IMG/VR virus record: IMGVR_UViG_3300030060_002738
Location: 34,041-98,040 of that record
Origin: a virus
Reading direction: 5' to 3' (one strand)
Length of the DNA stretch: 64,000 bases
The notes beneath the pieces are model-generated. The model was not told where the DNA came from. It worked only from the letters and a program-made list of their open reading frames with translations, and made no database searches. Positions 44,396 to 57,800 of this stretch are shown here, piece by piece (position 1 is the first letter of the stretch; every line of letters begins with the position of its first letter). Position numbers and translations under genes: made by a program.

Positions 44396-47300
44396 ATGGC
44401 GAAGACAAACGGAACTATTCTCTATCCCCTGAAATCAGGAATCAATGAGGCTGATGCCAATGAAGCGTATGCCAGTATGACTACTGAGTTCTCCACTGGA
44501 AAGGCATTCAAGGATGTATCAGTCAATCCTGTATTTAAAGCGACATATGTTGAGTCTGAGACTAGTGGGACTGGAACTGCTACGTCTGATGTAGTTGCAT
44601 CTGTTATATTCACCGAGATTAGAAAGGGGTCTCATGGTGGCTCTATATCAAATGACAAGGCTGACCAAATAGGAAATAGGCTTCTCCCTAAGAACAAGAC
44701 CATCGCTAATTATGCTACGACCAAGGAGACAACTCCTCCTTTCAAAATAAAGGCATTCGATACTAGTGTTAGCACAGGCGAGACAAATAGAAAGTTTGTA
44801 TATGCAGATACCTCGTTGGGCGCATCTGTCATTGACTACCCTGCCACTGATGTTGTGGCATTGGACATAGAGAACTATGATTACTTTATTCTCCTAAACC
44901 CTGAGATATTTGACTCTTCTACACAATCAGATATTGCAAGACCACACTTCGCTAAGATAACTAGAATATCAACATTTGATGAAGTAGGTGATGGATTGGA
45001 GTTTAGTCCAAAGTATCATGCACCAATCCCAAAGGGAACTAACTTTGAGGTCTTCAAAGGGCCATCAAAGACAGATACTGATATCATGGCTGTAAGTTAT
45101 GGTCTTCGTGGTGACAATCAGGCTTCGACAGACAACTATGATGTGCTAAACAGAGTCGATAGACCAACGTTCTACTTCTACAATGACAGGTTGGAACAGG
45201 ATGACCAATTGGACTACATGGAGAAATACACCGTCACTAGATTGAGATGGTGGGATTACAATCATGGGGCCGGAAACCAAAATCAAGTAGGATTTCTGAA
45301 TACAAGTAATGCTTACTCAGCGTTTGAAGAAGGTAGTTCATCAAAAAAACTATTCGTTGGCACTGGCAGTTATTCGACTTTTATGAATACAGTCTTTCAA
45401 GGAATGTCATTATTCGATGATGCCACGGATGATTTTGTGGGAAATGTGAAAACAATCAATACTAGTGATAACTCTATTGAATTGGATTTCTCTAGACAAG
45501 CATCGTCATCTACATGGAATGCTAGTGGAGGAGGATTTGTTCTTCGTTATGGTAAAGGAGTACAGAATATAGTATTCCGAACAGAAGCAAAGCAAAAGGG
45601 AGTGATATCCAATATCGGTAGAGGGAAACTAGATGCAACTCTTGTGGATAATCTAAGGGCAACTGACGATGGTGATGGCAACTTTAATCCCATCCTTTGG
45701 CACAAGGCATTCCCAAACATGAAGAGACATACCTCTGATAGTACATCAGCAACATCATCGACTCTTGACGGTAATCGCACTGGCCCTTCACGATACATAA
45801 CAGCAGACCCTAGACCCCGCAGGAATGATGTGATTCCACTTACTACTGATGTCATCGTCAACAGTCCTCAGAACAAGATGAGCAAGATGTTCAAGACTAT
45901 GGCTATGAATAACTCAGGTATGTTGCCTTTCAAGATAAGACAGGGGCAGACATTGAAGGCAATGAAAACGGCTTTCAGTGACAAGGTATCATTCAAGCCT
46001 CTTCCATTTAAGGCATCCAAGGTAGATGGTGCGAATGAGATTCGATTCACAGATATGTTAGATACGCACGATTACAATCTCTCAGATAAACTCCCTACAA
46101 ATTCGATACTCAGGATAGATGGGTATTACTATGTGGTAAATGAACAACAGGTTGTATCTTCAGGAACACAAGATATCACAGTAAAAGCGAACAAAACGCT
46201 CAATGCTACTTCCTTCACTGTCGCTGCAACGGTGCATGAGTTCGATAACGCAGATGTGGAGATTGCTTCTTGGACTGGTGTTTTGAATACAGAGAACTTC
46301 GATTCAGATACACAGGTCGTTTATGCTGATGGTAATAGATTAACTGTATCGGGAACAACGATACCCAAAGAGCAGTCTAAGTTCTTCGATAGCAAAGTGG
46401 TATTTACCTCTCTAAGTGGTCATCAGAATCATGTGGACTACATCGATAAGGACATGGAGTATGTGAAGTTCCAAGATGCTAGTAGGAAGTTCTATCAGAA
46501 TACCAGCATTCCTAGATTCTACTATTATAATGATGGGTATAGTCTGCAAGAAGAGGTGTTTGACGGTATTGTGGAACTCACCGAAACAAAAGCCGAGAAC
46601 GGGCTTTCAACACTGGTTGTAGAAGGAAGAGACAGCAATGCATCTCTACTAAACACCCTGATAGACAAGAATCTGTTATTCTCCGAGGATATGGCATACA
46701 GCACATTGAATCCGATTGTTCCAGCGTTGAATGAGGCAACTATGGATATAAGTGGCGTGAGTGACAAGGTTATCCATCACGCTGCGATAACCGATTGGAA
46801 TACTACTGCTTTAGCAAGAACCTTGTTGTTTACTAGAAGTACCACTGAAGCAAACAATATGATTTTCATTGGAGAGGTAGCATCAGTAGCAGGAAACAAC
46901 CAATCTACAACTCTAACTCATAAGCCGTTAGTGAATCTGTCAATAAGTGCAGACACTGACATCTATTACTATGACCCTCATGCTGAAGCAACATACTTTT
47001 CAGGCAAGAAGGCAATTGGTAGTAATCCCTCTATAAGCACCTCTGCTACTGACTTCTCAAGAGTAAGCGATAAGGGATTGGTCTTCTCTGACTCGTTCTC
47101 CTTTGATAGAACAGGAACTAGAACTAGATTAGAATCTACATCGAATACCGCTTCATTCGCAGAAGATAGAACGTTAGGATACAATATATCTAATCCAATA
47201 AGCATCAACTCCTTGAACACAAGCACGTTAGATGCAGACTCGTCTTTCGCCATACAGTTATCAAAGGAGACAGGAGTATCGACAACCAAGATTAACAAGA

Positions 47301-50300
47301 TGACATATGCCTCTGAGATGTTTGATGTGATTGAAACCATATCAAAGGATGATGGAGGATTCGTATTATCGATAGCACCAATCTGCCCTATTGTCATGGG
47401 AAGAATAGAGGACAATAGTAGCGAGAGTAGAACCAACGTTCATTCGCTTTATCTAGTAAACAACAACGTCAACTCAGGTGGTTTCATTCACAGAGCAGAT
47501 ACGCAAGCAGGTAGTACAGGTACTAGTGCTACTAATACAGAGCAACTGGATTTCATAGGAGCAGATGCCTTCTATACTCCTAGAGACACATACAGATATT
47601 GGGACTTACAGAAATTAAACGAAGGAACTCTTACGAAATCAGATGCTGGAATATACAAGAGTGCCACGCACCCTCAATCAATAACAGGATATGCAGCAGC
47701 GTATCCAGTCAAAGGCAATGGTATAGCACCTAGTTCACCGACTTATTCCACTGAGTCGAAACCACTCTTAGGAAGCAATATGCTAGATGACAACTACACT
47801 TACAGGTTTGATACTGGAAGTCCGTTTGCAAGCCTATCAGGAACGGATAAGTTGCCAAAGCATGTAGTCAACAAGGAAGGTGGCATAGCGGCTAACTCGG
47901 CTAGAAAGGAAGACATTGGCAAGTTGCTTCATCATGCTCCGAAAGCACAGAACTACGAACTACTTGCAACAGGAGACTTATTCCCATATTCTAAACTAAG
48001 ATACAACAACATTGGAAACTCGACATTGAACTTTGAAGACTTTGCCTGTCTAGTAGAATCAGATGGTTCACAGTCATCTACACAAGTTTCTCACTCAGGA
48101 TACTCAGGAAAATCACTCATGTCAGATAAGAGAGATAACAACTTTGAAAGAGTCAGTATCAAATCTGCAAATAAGACCACTAATCAAATCAAGAGATTCG
48201 GAATAGCAAGATTAGTCGAAGCCACATTCGATTGGCATTTCAATCCCATAGACCCCGACTCTATGCCTTCTCCATCTAATACGCTAGTCGATATGGCAGG
48301 ATACCAAATGGTCAGGGAAATTGATACTACATTACATGGTAATAGCCCATCAGTGACCATAGGAAGTTCAGGCAGTAGTAGGTCAATAACATTCAGTGGT
48401 GGTGGAAACCTAAGTCTAGCAGCAGGTGATGCTTTCTTTAGGAAGGATACAGGAGACTTGGTATTCATAGTCAATGCGACTATTACGAATATGACTAGTG
48501 GTTCAAACCAGTCTGCTTTAGTCAATCTAACTGGAAGCACAGCCGATTTGAATACCCCATGTTATCTCATACGAGAGTATCAGCAGTTGTCGTTCAAAGT
48601 GACTAAATTCCTAGATGACAGCCTCCAAGATGTATTTACTTTCGCAAGTGCAGGTAATGCTACATCTCCACCAAAGGTAGAGTTCCCTTCAGTATACCTA
48701 ACTAGACCACCGATACTGACATCAAGTTCTACCTTCGGAAGTGGTTTTGAATATGCACTTCTTGAGGATGCAGGAGGGGATGAGTTCAATCCTCCTAACG
48801 TATTCCTGCCTCTGTTATTCCAATGTAAGAACAACGCTTCAACCAATTCCAGTCTAGCCACGCAGAGTCCATACCATAGAACGCCAACTTGGAATACAGA
48901 TAACGGCTTGACTACTAATTTCACATACTACAACACATCTAGAGTGATTGCTGGCTTAGTTCATGGTGCATTAACTAACAACGCACAGAGATATGGACTA
49001 GAGGCAGATGACCATATCTATGACAATTGCATAGGAGTATTTCGCAATATGAGAAAGGTCACGAAAGACGGCCCTGATGTTCCAGAGAACCAATTCCAAA
49101 CTAGTGCAGTTTTAGGTTCTAATGATGAAGTTAGTAACTTCTCTGACTTTGATGCAACATCAGCATTCTCCTTCGGCGGTGGTGGAAACAACAATGACCA
49201 ACACTCCCCTAATCTAATGCTTCTCAAAAACGGTAGTAGCAACGTAGCCAAAACCTTCGCATTAGCAGGGACTCATACTAGAACTGGAACGAATAGCAAT
49301 AGCAACGACACGACTTCTAACGGTGCTGGATTTGCTGATTTAGGAGCGAGATACTTCCTTGAAAACAAAGAAGGAGATGCTATGGCTACCACTAGAAAGG
49401 CTTTTCATGAGGAAATAGCCACAACTGATGATACGACAGGAGGAGGAATATACAGAGCGCAGATGCTCATAAAACCAGTATTGGATATCAGTTCCAGTGC
49501 AGTATCCGCAAGTGGTAAGACTATCACTGTCACATTGAACACCACTGCTAATACCTCGCAAACAGACCATGCGTGGCTAAACTTCGTGCCGAACCTAACA
49601 GGCTACTACTTAGTATGTGAGAGGCAGCAAGAGGAGTCATCTGATATCAACCTTGGAGATGTATCAGGAGTGAACTCGGCATACAACGATATGCACCCTA
49701 ATGCGTTCTATCACTCATCAGGAGGAAACATAGGATACATCTCTAAGATATTGAGTCACAGCACCAATCAAACACAAACAAACTCAACTTCCGTGATACA
49801 CACAATTACCCTAGATATCGATATTCCAGCAGAGGAGACATCAGGAAGTTTCAGTACAGGTCTTAGACCTAGATACAGATTGATGAAACTATCTGAGACC
49901 ACATTTAGAGATACACCAAATGAGATTATTCTAAATCGCCTACATGCAACAGGGTTAGATTACACTGAGACATCATCTAACTTCACAACAGGGGGATTGG
50001 AGAGCAGAAGAGGTTCTTCAACATTCAACGAGAACCATATGAGTGAGGGTGTATTCAGTGCCTATGTTCTGATGAATCTAGATGTAGCCCCTAGTGGAAC
50101 TCAAAGAATCGTACCTTCATCAAACGCAGAGTCGTTCAGTAACTTGCCATATGCTCATGGTGACACCTTCGACTGCTTCATTACTGATGGCACTAATACA
50201 ACAAGAAAAACAATGACAGTATCAAATGTTGCTAAGAGCATCCCCAACTCTATCAGAAGAGATGAGTTCAAACTGACATACGAAGGAACTCTCACTGGAA

Positions 50301-51520
50301 ATGGTGTTGTATCCTTTGGTGAAGTGATAGACTTAGAGTTGTCTAGAAAACCTGACTTGGACAAGATATCCAAATGTCACATTGGCACTAGTATGATTAT
50401 CGGTGAAGAGGTAGAGACAGAGATTGAGCGTATCATAAAAGAAGCGGGTCTCGATGTTGATATGGTTCAAACTCAAGCAGAGTTCACTGGAAACATCGTG
50501 AGTTCTGTCTCCAATAATGTCATTACTTGCAAAGCCACAGTAGAGAACATTGTAGCAGGAGATACTATATTTACACATGAAGGATATCCAATTGGTGTTG
50601 TTGCTTCCACTCCTAGTGGAACTACTATCACTGTTAATGATGTAGATACTACTGATACAGATGTCGATTTATGGTTCGTTCCTCTTGTTAATGATGAGAT
50701 AATTAAGTTCAACAAGAAAACATTCGTTTCTACCGATAATTTCGTTCAGGCATCTGCTTTCCAAATGTTAAACAAATTAGCAGGAAAGAAGAACTTAGAT
50801 TTTCGTGTCAATAACAAAAAAGTGGTATTTCGTGACTTAAACTCTGCACCCTTATTGAGAAAACAGGCAATTTCCTATCGAAGTCATAGAGTCTTCTCTG
50901 TAAAGAAGAATAGTTCTCTTTTTGCAAAAGCCAATAAAGTCACTGTTATTGGTGATAGAATCAAGACAAGTGTTTCTAGTGATGACGCTGGAACTCACAT
51001 TAAATTCGTTGATGCTAACATCAGAAGCATTACAGATGCTAAGGTGAAAGCGATTGAACTTCTAGAACTCCACTCATCTGATGCTAGAAAGATAACATTG
51101 AATGTTGAGAAGAAAGGACTTGAAACACTAGAGGCAGGAGACGTTGTTTTCCTAGACTTCCCACAATATGACATCCCCCCTGATGACTACATCATATTTG
51201 AGATAGAGAACGTTCTAACACCGACACTAACCATGACAGTAGGCACATTCGACAAGACGATAGCAGAAAGGCTATCTGAAATCGGCACACAACAGAGTGC
51301 TTCAAGTTCCACGCTATTTAGTAGAAACTCACAACAGGTTTCCACTGGAAAAACGATAACCGACTCTATATCGTTAAAGACTACATTGGTGCAGTACACA
51401 ATCACAGGAACAGGTGAGACAGCCAACATGGGCTTTGATGACCTGTTTGGATTTGGTGAGACATTAGGATTTGAGACAACAGCAGGACAGGTTATAGGAT
51501 ATTACACAAGTGAGGATTGA
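44396..51520 (+). CDS. giant tail tip/baseplate protein (~2370 aa)
   Basis: Position; C-terminal hub-like ANKVTVIG...LEAGDVVFL...IIFEIE pattern. Confidence 0.65.
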   Translation: MAKTNGTILYPLKSGINEADANEAYASMTTEFSTGKAFKDVSVNPVFKATYVESETSGTGTATSDVVASVIFTEIRKGSHGGSISNDKADQIGNRLLPKNKTIANYATTKETTPPFKIKAFDTSVSTGETNRKFVYADTSLGASVIDYPATDVVALDIENYDYFILLNPEIFDSSTQSDIARPHFAKITRISTFDEVGDGLEFSPKYHAPIPKGTNFEVFKGPSKTDTDIMAVSYGLRGDNQASTDNYDVLNRVDRPTFYFYNDRLEQDDQLDYMEKYTVTRLRWWDYNHGAGNQNQVGFLNTSNAYSAFEEGSSSKKLFVGTGSYSTFMNTVFQGMSLFDDATDDFVGNVKTINTSDNSIELDFSRQASSSTWNASGGGFVLRYGKGVQNIVFRTEAKQKGVISNIGRGKLDATLVDNLRATDDGDGNFNPILWHKAFPNMKRHTSDSTSATSSTLDGNRTGPSRYITADPRPRRNDVIPLTTDVIVNSPQNKMSKMFKTMAMNNSGMLPFKIRQGQTLKAMKTAFSDKVSFKPLPFKASKVDGANEIRFTDMLDTHDYNLSDKLPTNSILRIDGYYYVVNEQQVVSSGTQDITVKANKTLNATSFTVAATVHEFDNADVEIASWTGVLNTENFDSDTQVVYADGNRLTVSGTTIPKEQSKFFDSKVVFTSLSGHQNHVDYIDKDMEYVKFQDASRKFYQNTSIPRFYYYNDGYSLQEEVFDGIVELTETKAENGLSTLVVEGRDSNASLLNTLIDKNLLFSEDMAYSTLNPIVPALNEATMDISGVSDKVIHHAAITDWNTTALARTLLFTRSTTEANNMIFIGEVASVAGNNQSTTLTHKPLVNLSISADTDIYYYDPHAEATYFSGKKAIGSNPSISTSATDFSRVSDKGLVFSDSFSFDRTGTRTRLESTSNTASFAEDRTLGYNISNPISINSLNTSTLDADSSFAIQLSKETGVSTTKINKMTYASEMFDVIETISKDDGGFVLSIAPICPIVMGRIEDNSSESRTNVHSLYLVNNNVNSGGFIHRADTQAGSTGTSATNTEQLDFIGADAFYTPRDTYRYWDLQKLNEGTLTKSDAGIYKSATHPQSITGYAAAYPVKGNGIAPSSPTYSTESKPLLGSNMLDDNYTYRFDTGSPFASLSGTDKLPKHVVNKEGGIAANSARKEDIGKLLHHAPKAQNYELLATGDLFPYSKLRYNNIGNSTLNFEDFACLVESDGSQSSTQVSHSGYSGKSLMSDKRDNNFERVSIKSANKTTNQIKRFGIARLVEATFDWHFNPIDPDSMPSPSNTLVDMAGYQMVREIDTTLHGNSPSVTIGSSGSSRSITFSGGGNLSLAAGDAFFRKDTGDLVFIVNATITNMTSGSNQSALVNLTGSTADLNTPCYLIREYQQLSFKVTKFLDDSLQDVFTFASAGNATSPPKVEFPSVYLTRPPILTSSSTFGSGFEYALLEDAGGDEFNPPNVFLPLLFQCKNNASTNSSLATQSPYHRTPTWNTDNGLTTNFTYYNTSRVIAGLVHGALTNNAQRYGLEADDHIYDNCIGVFRNMRKVTKDGPDVPENQFQTSAVLGSNDEVSNFSDFDATSAFSFGGGGNNNDQHSPNLMLLKNGSSNVAKTFALAGTHTRTGTNSNSNDTTSNGAGFADLGARYFLENKEGDAMATTRKAFHEEIATTDDTTGGGIYRAQMLIKPVLDISSSAVSASGKTITVTLNTTANTSQTDHAWLNFVPNLTGYYLVCERQQEESSDINLGDVSGVNSAYNDMHPNAFYHSSGGNIGYISKILSHSTNQTQTNSTSVIHTITLDIDIPAEETSGSFSTGLRPRYRLMKLSETTFRDTPNEIILNRLHATGLDYTETSSNFTTGGLESRRGSSTFNENHMSEGVFSAYVLMNLDVAPSGTQRIVPSSNAESFSNLPYAHGDTFDCFITDGTNTTRKTMTVSNVAKSIPNSIRRDEFKLTYEGTLTGNGVVSFGEVIDLELSRKPDLDKISKCHIGTSMIIGEEVETEIERIIKEAGLDVDMVQTQAEFTGNIVSSVSNNVITCKATVENIVAGDTIFTHEGYPIGVVASTPSGTTITVNDVDTTDTDVDLWFVPLVNDEIIKFNKKTFVSTDNFVQASAFQMLNKLAGKKNLDFRVNNKKVVFRDLNSAPLLRKQAISYRSHRVFSVKKNSSLFAKANKVTVIGDRIKTSVSSDDAGTHIKFVDANIRSITDAKVKAIELLELHSSDARKITLNVEKKGLETLEAGDVVFLDFPQYDIPPDDYIIFEIENVLTPTLTMTVGTFDKTIAERLSEIGTQQSASSSTLFSRNSQQVSTGKTITDSISLKTTLVQYTITGTGETANMGFDDLFGFGETLGFETTAGQVIGYYTSED

Positions 51521-51522
51521 AG

Positions 51523-51879
51523 ATGACAGTAGTAAACGAAGGAGCAAATGCAGTAGCGACACTAATAGCGGGACAATACAATGTTATTGCCATAGGAGAT
51601 GGTGGAGATAGCACATCAGCAAGCCAAACAGGATTGAACAACTTCTTCTTTCAGAAGACTGGTCAGACCCCAACAGTTGTCGGTTCTACTCTGATATACA
51701 ATGTCGATTTTACAGGAGCGCAGATTCCTCCTTCCGGTGCTTCTGAAATAGGCATCTTTGTCACAGGAACAACAAACGGAAACGGCACGTTATTGAGCCG
51801 AGTCACTTTCACAAATACTGGTGTTGTAGCCAGTGGAGATACGGTTTCGTTTACAATACGAGTAGAGGTGGGTAACTAA
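51523..51879 (+). CDS. small tail/baseplate protein
   Basis: IAIGDG...SEIGIF...LLSRVTF pattern typical of fibre-attachment proteins. Confidence 0.6.
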   Translation: MTVVNEGANAVATLIAGQYNVIAIGDGGDSTSASQTGLNNFFFQKTGQTPTVVGSTLIYNVDFTGAQIPPSGASEIGIFVTGTTNGNGTLLSRVTFTNTGVVASGDTVSFTIRVEVGN

Positions 51880-54800
51880 TGACGACAAATCCGGGTATAA
51901 TTTCAACACTAGCAACCAACCCGTCTAGCACACAACTGAAGGATAACACAGACAATATACACTCAGGAATCATCAAGGCACTACACGCTGCTACGGGTGA
52001 GAACCGAGGAATAGATGGATTCGGACTAACACAAGTCGATGGAGGAACAACCAGTTCATTCCAAGTAGCAGCAGGTAAGGTTCTAAGAGATGGTAAGTTA
52101 GTAAGCATATCAGGTGCTACTCTAACAACCACTGCTTCTACTATTGCTCCTAACTCTAATGATTGGTATGGTTTGATTGTAGTAAACTCATCAAATGTCT
52201 TGGCATGGAGACATGGTGCTGTTACTGGAAAGGCAACTACTGGTGCGGCCACTGTTGCAGAACTAGCAGCAGGAGACATACCATTGATTGTGATAAAGGT
52301 AGATACAGCAGATGCAAACGATGCTACTGATAGACTACATCAGTTCCTATTCTATCCACAATCAGATAGAGCGTTCTCAGCGATAGCCACCAGTACAGAA
52401 ACACTTAGGATAAAAACTGATGGAACTGTTGTAAAAGCAGGAAACACTGGTGCAATATCTTTCCCTAGTGTTGGTAGCAGTGCTAGAACACTTGCAACTA
52501 CAAATGATATTAATAATCTAGGGACTAGCAACTTAGCAGATGATGCAGTAACTGCGGCTAAGTTAGCATCCAGTGCTGTTGTTACGGCAAGCATCGTTGA
52601 CTCAAACGTAACAACTGCTAAGATTGCAGATGGAAATGTGACGACTGCTAAGATTGCAAGTGACGCAGTAACCTATGATAAGATACAAGACATTGGTACA
52701 GCAAACCGAGTCTTAGGGAAGGCATCCACTGGAACAGTCGAAGAAGTACAGGTCACATCAGCCATGATAGCAGATGGAACAATCGCAACAGCAGATGTGG
52801 CTAATGATGCAATCACATACGCCAAGATGCAGAATGTATCTGCTACAAATCGAATACTAGGAAGAGACTCCTCCGGTGCTGGAAACATCGAGGAAATAAG
52901 CCCTGCTAATGTTGTGACAATGCTAGGCATTGAAGCAAATGCAGATGTGACAGATACAACGAATGTAAAGGCTGCTTTGAATAGTGTGAGTCTAGGAACT
53001 TTCAGCCTTGGTGATTCAAACGATAATATTAGTGTAGGAAACCTGACTATCGGTGGCGACCTGACTGTTAGTGGGACCACAACTACTACACTTTCCAACA
53101 CTGTCAACATAGGAGATAGCATAATCACTCTAAACTCAGATGAGACAGGCTCACCATCACAAGATGCTGGTATAGAAGTAGAGAGAGGAAACCAAACCAA
53201 CAAGACACTGTTTTGGGATGAGAGTGCAGGAAGATGGACAGTTGGCTCAGAGACATTCGTTGCAGGTACATTCATTGGTAATCTAACGGGAACTGTATCA
53301 TCTGCCACTGCTTTAGCGAACGCTAGGAACTTCGCATTATCAGGTGATGTAACCGCTAGTGCTGTTTCTTTCGATGGTTCAGGAAACGTCACGCTATCTA
53401 CTGCGATTGGTGCAAATACAATCGGTGCAACTGAGATACAAAGTGCATCAGTAGGCACTACACAACTAGCAAATCTAAGTGTAACAACTGGTAAGATTGC
53501 AGATTCTGATGTTACTACTGCTAAACTAGCAAATGATGCTGTGACCTCCGCTAAGATTGCAGACGATGCAATTCTAACTGCTCACATTTCAGATGACCAA
53601 ATCACGGCTGCTCTTATGGCAAACAATGCAGTAGGCACTGCTGTCATAGTTGATAGTGCAGTTACGAATGCAAAACTAGCAGGAAGTATTGCTCAGTCCA
53701 AGATAACAAACCTGACTTCAGACCTAGCAGGAAAACAAGCGAGTCTAACCTTTGGCTCAGGATTGTCTAACTCAGGAGCAACAATAAACGTAGATATCAC
53801 TGAACTAAGCACTGAGAATGGAATACACAAGACAAATGACTTCCTGATGTATAACGACACTGGTAGCGGATTGAAGAAAATCAACCTGTCGAATGTGTTT
53901 GCTCAGATAGCAGCATCTGACATACCAAACCTAGCAGCAAGCAAGATAACTAGTGGGACATTCGCAGATGCTCGCATTCCTAGTCTTGCTACAAGCAAGA
54001 TTACGAGTGGCACATTTGCCACCGCAAGAATAGCAGATGATGCTGTTACATTTGACAAGATACAGAACGTAGACTCAGGAGTTGTACTTGGTAGAACTAG
54101 TAGTAACGCTGGCTCTGTTGAGACTCTCTCAGCGTCTGCTGCTAGGAGTCTCCTGCAAGTAGATGTCAGTGGAACAGACAACTCAACAAATGTCACGTTA
54201 GCAGGAAGCAGGGACTATCTAACTCTGAATGGTCAACAGATTACAGTAGGTGAGATAGACATATCAGATGATACCAATCTAGTTGCAGGAAGTCGTATTT
54301 CATTGAGCGGTGACACACTAAACGTAGATGGAGACTTGGCTAACTATGACAACTCAAACAGTGGATTCCTTACAGGACACCCCACGATTTCCGGTGCAGC
54401 CAGCAGTGTTGACAACTCAGGAAGTAGAACCTACATTCAGTCAATAACCTTGGATTCAAATGGACACATAACCAATCTGACATCAGCAACAGAAACAGTC
54501 ACTGATACAACATACAGCGTTGGTGATGGTGGTCTAACACAGAACAACTTCACAAACACATTGAAATCCAAGTTAGATGGGATAGAGGCGAATGCCAACA
54601 ACTTCAATCTCGCCAATGCCTCGGCATCTACCCTTGGTGGAATAAAGGTAGGTAGCAACCTAACAATCAACGCAGTTACAGGAGTTCTGTCTGCCGATAG
54701 CCAATCAGATGTTAACTTTACATCTGCCTTGAATACCAAGTTAGCAGGGATAGAAACTAGTGCAACAGCAGGTGCTAACTTCGCAACTAACGTTAGCAAC

Positions 54801-57800
54801 ATTTCAGTTACCAATGCTCAACTAGCCGGAAGCATAGCAAACAGTAAACTCGCTAACTCATCTGTAACGGTCAACGGAAGTACAGTTGCTCTAGGTGGTA
54901 GTATCACACTAACGACTGCTAACGTTGCAGAAGGTGCTAATCTATACTTCACAGAAGAGAGAGTAGATGATAGAGTCAATGCGCTCATTGTAGATGGAGA
55001 AGGAATCACAACTACATACAACGACAGTGGTGGCACTCTCACAATAGACGCAGAAGAAGCCACTGCATCGAACAAGGGAGTTGCATCATTCGCAAGTGCT
55101 GACTTTGACGTTAGTAGCGGAGCAGTCACAGTGAAATCCGGTGGTATAAGCAATACACAACTTGCTGGTTCTATTGCGAATGACAAACTGTTGGCTATCG
55201 CACAGAGCAAAGTCACAGGATTGACAACTGCATTGAGTGCTAAGATAGAGAGCCTTAGTGACCTAAGTGTTACTGCCTCTGCCGCAGAGATAAACATACT
55301 AGATGGAGTAACAGGGGTATCTGCTGCTGAGATTAGTCATCTCGATGGAGTGACATCTTCTATACAGACGCAACTCAATGCAAAGCAAGCGGCGGGTAAT
55401 TATCTAACTACATCTGCTACTATCGCAGACCTTGCTGGAATAACTGCTTTAGATACAGATATCACTGCTGTAAGTGGTAGCCATGATACTATCCCATCTG
55501 CTAGGGCTGTGAAAGCGTATGTTGATTTAACTTCGTTCGATGCGAATGATACTCAGTATGCATTTACTGTTGAGGATGGCAGTTCAAATTCAAAGAGGCT
55601 GAAACTCACAGGAACAGACGGTAGTTCTACTTCTGTAAACTTTGAAGGTAGCGGAAACATTAGTGTGACTAGAATCAATGAGAGAATCATAATCGATTCG
55701 TCAGCAAAACCAACCTCAAGTCTAGCATTCAGTGAAGGGACATTAACTTTAACAAAAACAGATAGCACAACAATATCTGCTACACTACCTGATGCTACTA
55801 CATCTGCTCATGGATTGATGACTGACACCCAATTTGATAAACTGGCAGCAATTGAGGCTGGTGCTACTGCTGACCAAACTGCGGCAGAAATCAGAACACT
55901 AGTCGAGTCTGCCTCTGACTCAAACGTATTCACAGATGCTGACCACACGAAACTAAACGGTATTGCTGCTAGTGCTAACAACTACTCAATCTCCTCTGAC
56001 TTACTAGATGAGGATAACATGGCATCTAACTCAGCAACAAAGGTAGCCAGCCAACAGTCAATAAAAGCATATGTTGACGCAGAAGTGGCAGGAGTAATTT
56101 CCTCTGCTCCTGCCGCACTCGATACGTTAAATGAACTAGCGGCTGCTCTTGGTGATGACGCTAACTTTGCTACGACTACTTCAACAGCACTAGGTAACAG
56201 ACTCAGAGTAGATACTAGCAGTCAGGGACTAACTGCTACACAACAAGGAAATGCAATAACAAACTTGGGAATAACTGCAAGTCTAGCAGAGATAAACATA
56301 CTAGATGATGGGCTTTCTGCAAGCGATATACCAAGTCTCGCTGCTTCCAAGATAACAAGCGGTACTTTAGGCACAGCAAGGATACCAAGCCTTGCTACAA
56401 GTAAAATCACTTCAGGAACATTTGCTAATGCAAGGATATCTGAGGGAAGTGTAACTCAACACCAAGCAGCGTTATCAATCACTGAATCACAGATAAGCGA
56501 TTTGGATGCATACATTACTGCTGTAAGAACAGTTACCGCAGGTGGTAACACTCTAGCAGGTAGTGAGACACTTGCATTCACTGCTGGTTCTAACATATCT
56601 ATATCTGAGAGTGGAGGGGCAGTTACGATTGCATCTACTGACACTAATACCCAACTCACAACAGAACAGGTACAAGATATAGTTGGGGCTATGGTAGGTA
56701 GTAACACTGAAACTAATATCTCGGTGACATATGATGACACAGGTGGAAAACTAAACTTTGCAAGCACTGATACACAATTAACTCAAGAGCAAGTAGAGGA
56801 CTTCGTTAACGGTGTGATTGTCGCTGGTTCAAACATAACCAAAACGTATGATGACGCAAGCGGTACACTAACAATAGCATCCACAGATACGAACACTCAG
56901 TTAACAACAGAACAGGTAGAAGATATCGTAGGTGCTATGGTAAGCAGTAATACTGAGACCAACATGACTGTAACTTATGATGACACAAACGGTAAGTTGG
57001 ATTTCAGTTCTACTAATACTAATACACAACTGTCTCAAGAACAGGTCGAAGACTTTGTTGGAGGTATGCTTGATGGAACTGAGACCTTCATTAGCGTATC
57101 ATATGATGACACTGATGGCAACATAGACTTCGTAGTTCCCGTATTGGATGAAGACAATATGGCTACTAATTCAGCAAGTCACCTCGCTACTCAACAATCA
57201 ATCAAGGCGTATGTAGATAGTGAAGTAGCAGGATTAGTTGATTCTGCTCCGGGTGCTTTGAATACGCTTAACGAATTAGCAGCCGCAATAAATGATGATG
57301 CTACTTTCTCTAGTACCGTTACAACTGCATTAGGTAACAGATTGAGAGTGGACACTGCTTCACAGGGACTTAGTGGAACACAGCAATCTAATGCTAGAAC
57401 CAATTTGAATGTTGATGTCGCAGGAACTGATAACTCAACGAATGTGACTCTTGCAACTGTATCAAACAACTATCTCAGTTTATCAGGTCAGGCGATTACT
57501 GCCGGAACAGTGCCTGTTTCACTGGGAGGAACCGGGGCTACTTCGGCATCTGCTGCAAGAACTGCTTTAGGTGTTGATGCTGCTGGAACAGATAACTCAA
57601 CAGATGTCACATTGACTGGTAGTGGAAACTACCTGAGTATCAGTGGACAAGCCATCACAGTTGACCCGATAGACATCTCAGATGATACTAACCTAACTGC
57701 TGGAACCGGATTGACGTTAAGTGGCGATACACTGAACGTAGATGCGGCACAATCAGGAATAACAAGCGTTGGGACACTATCTTCACTTACTGTATCAGGT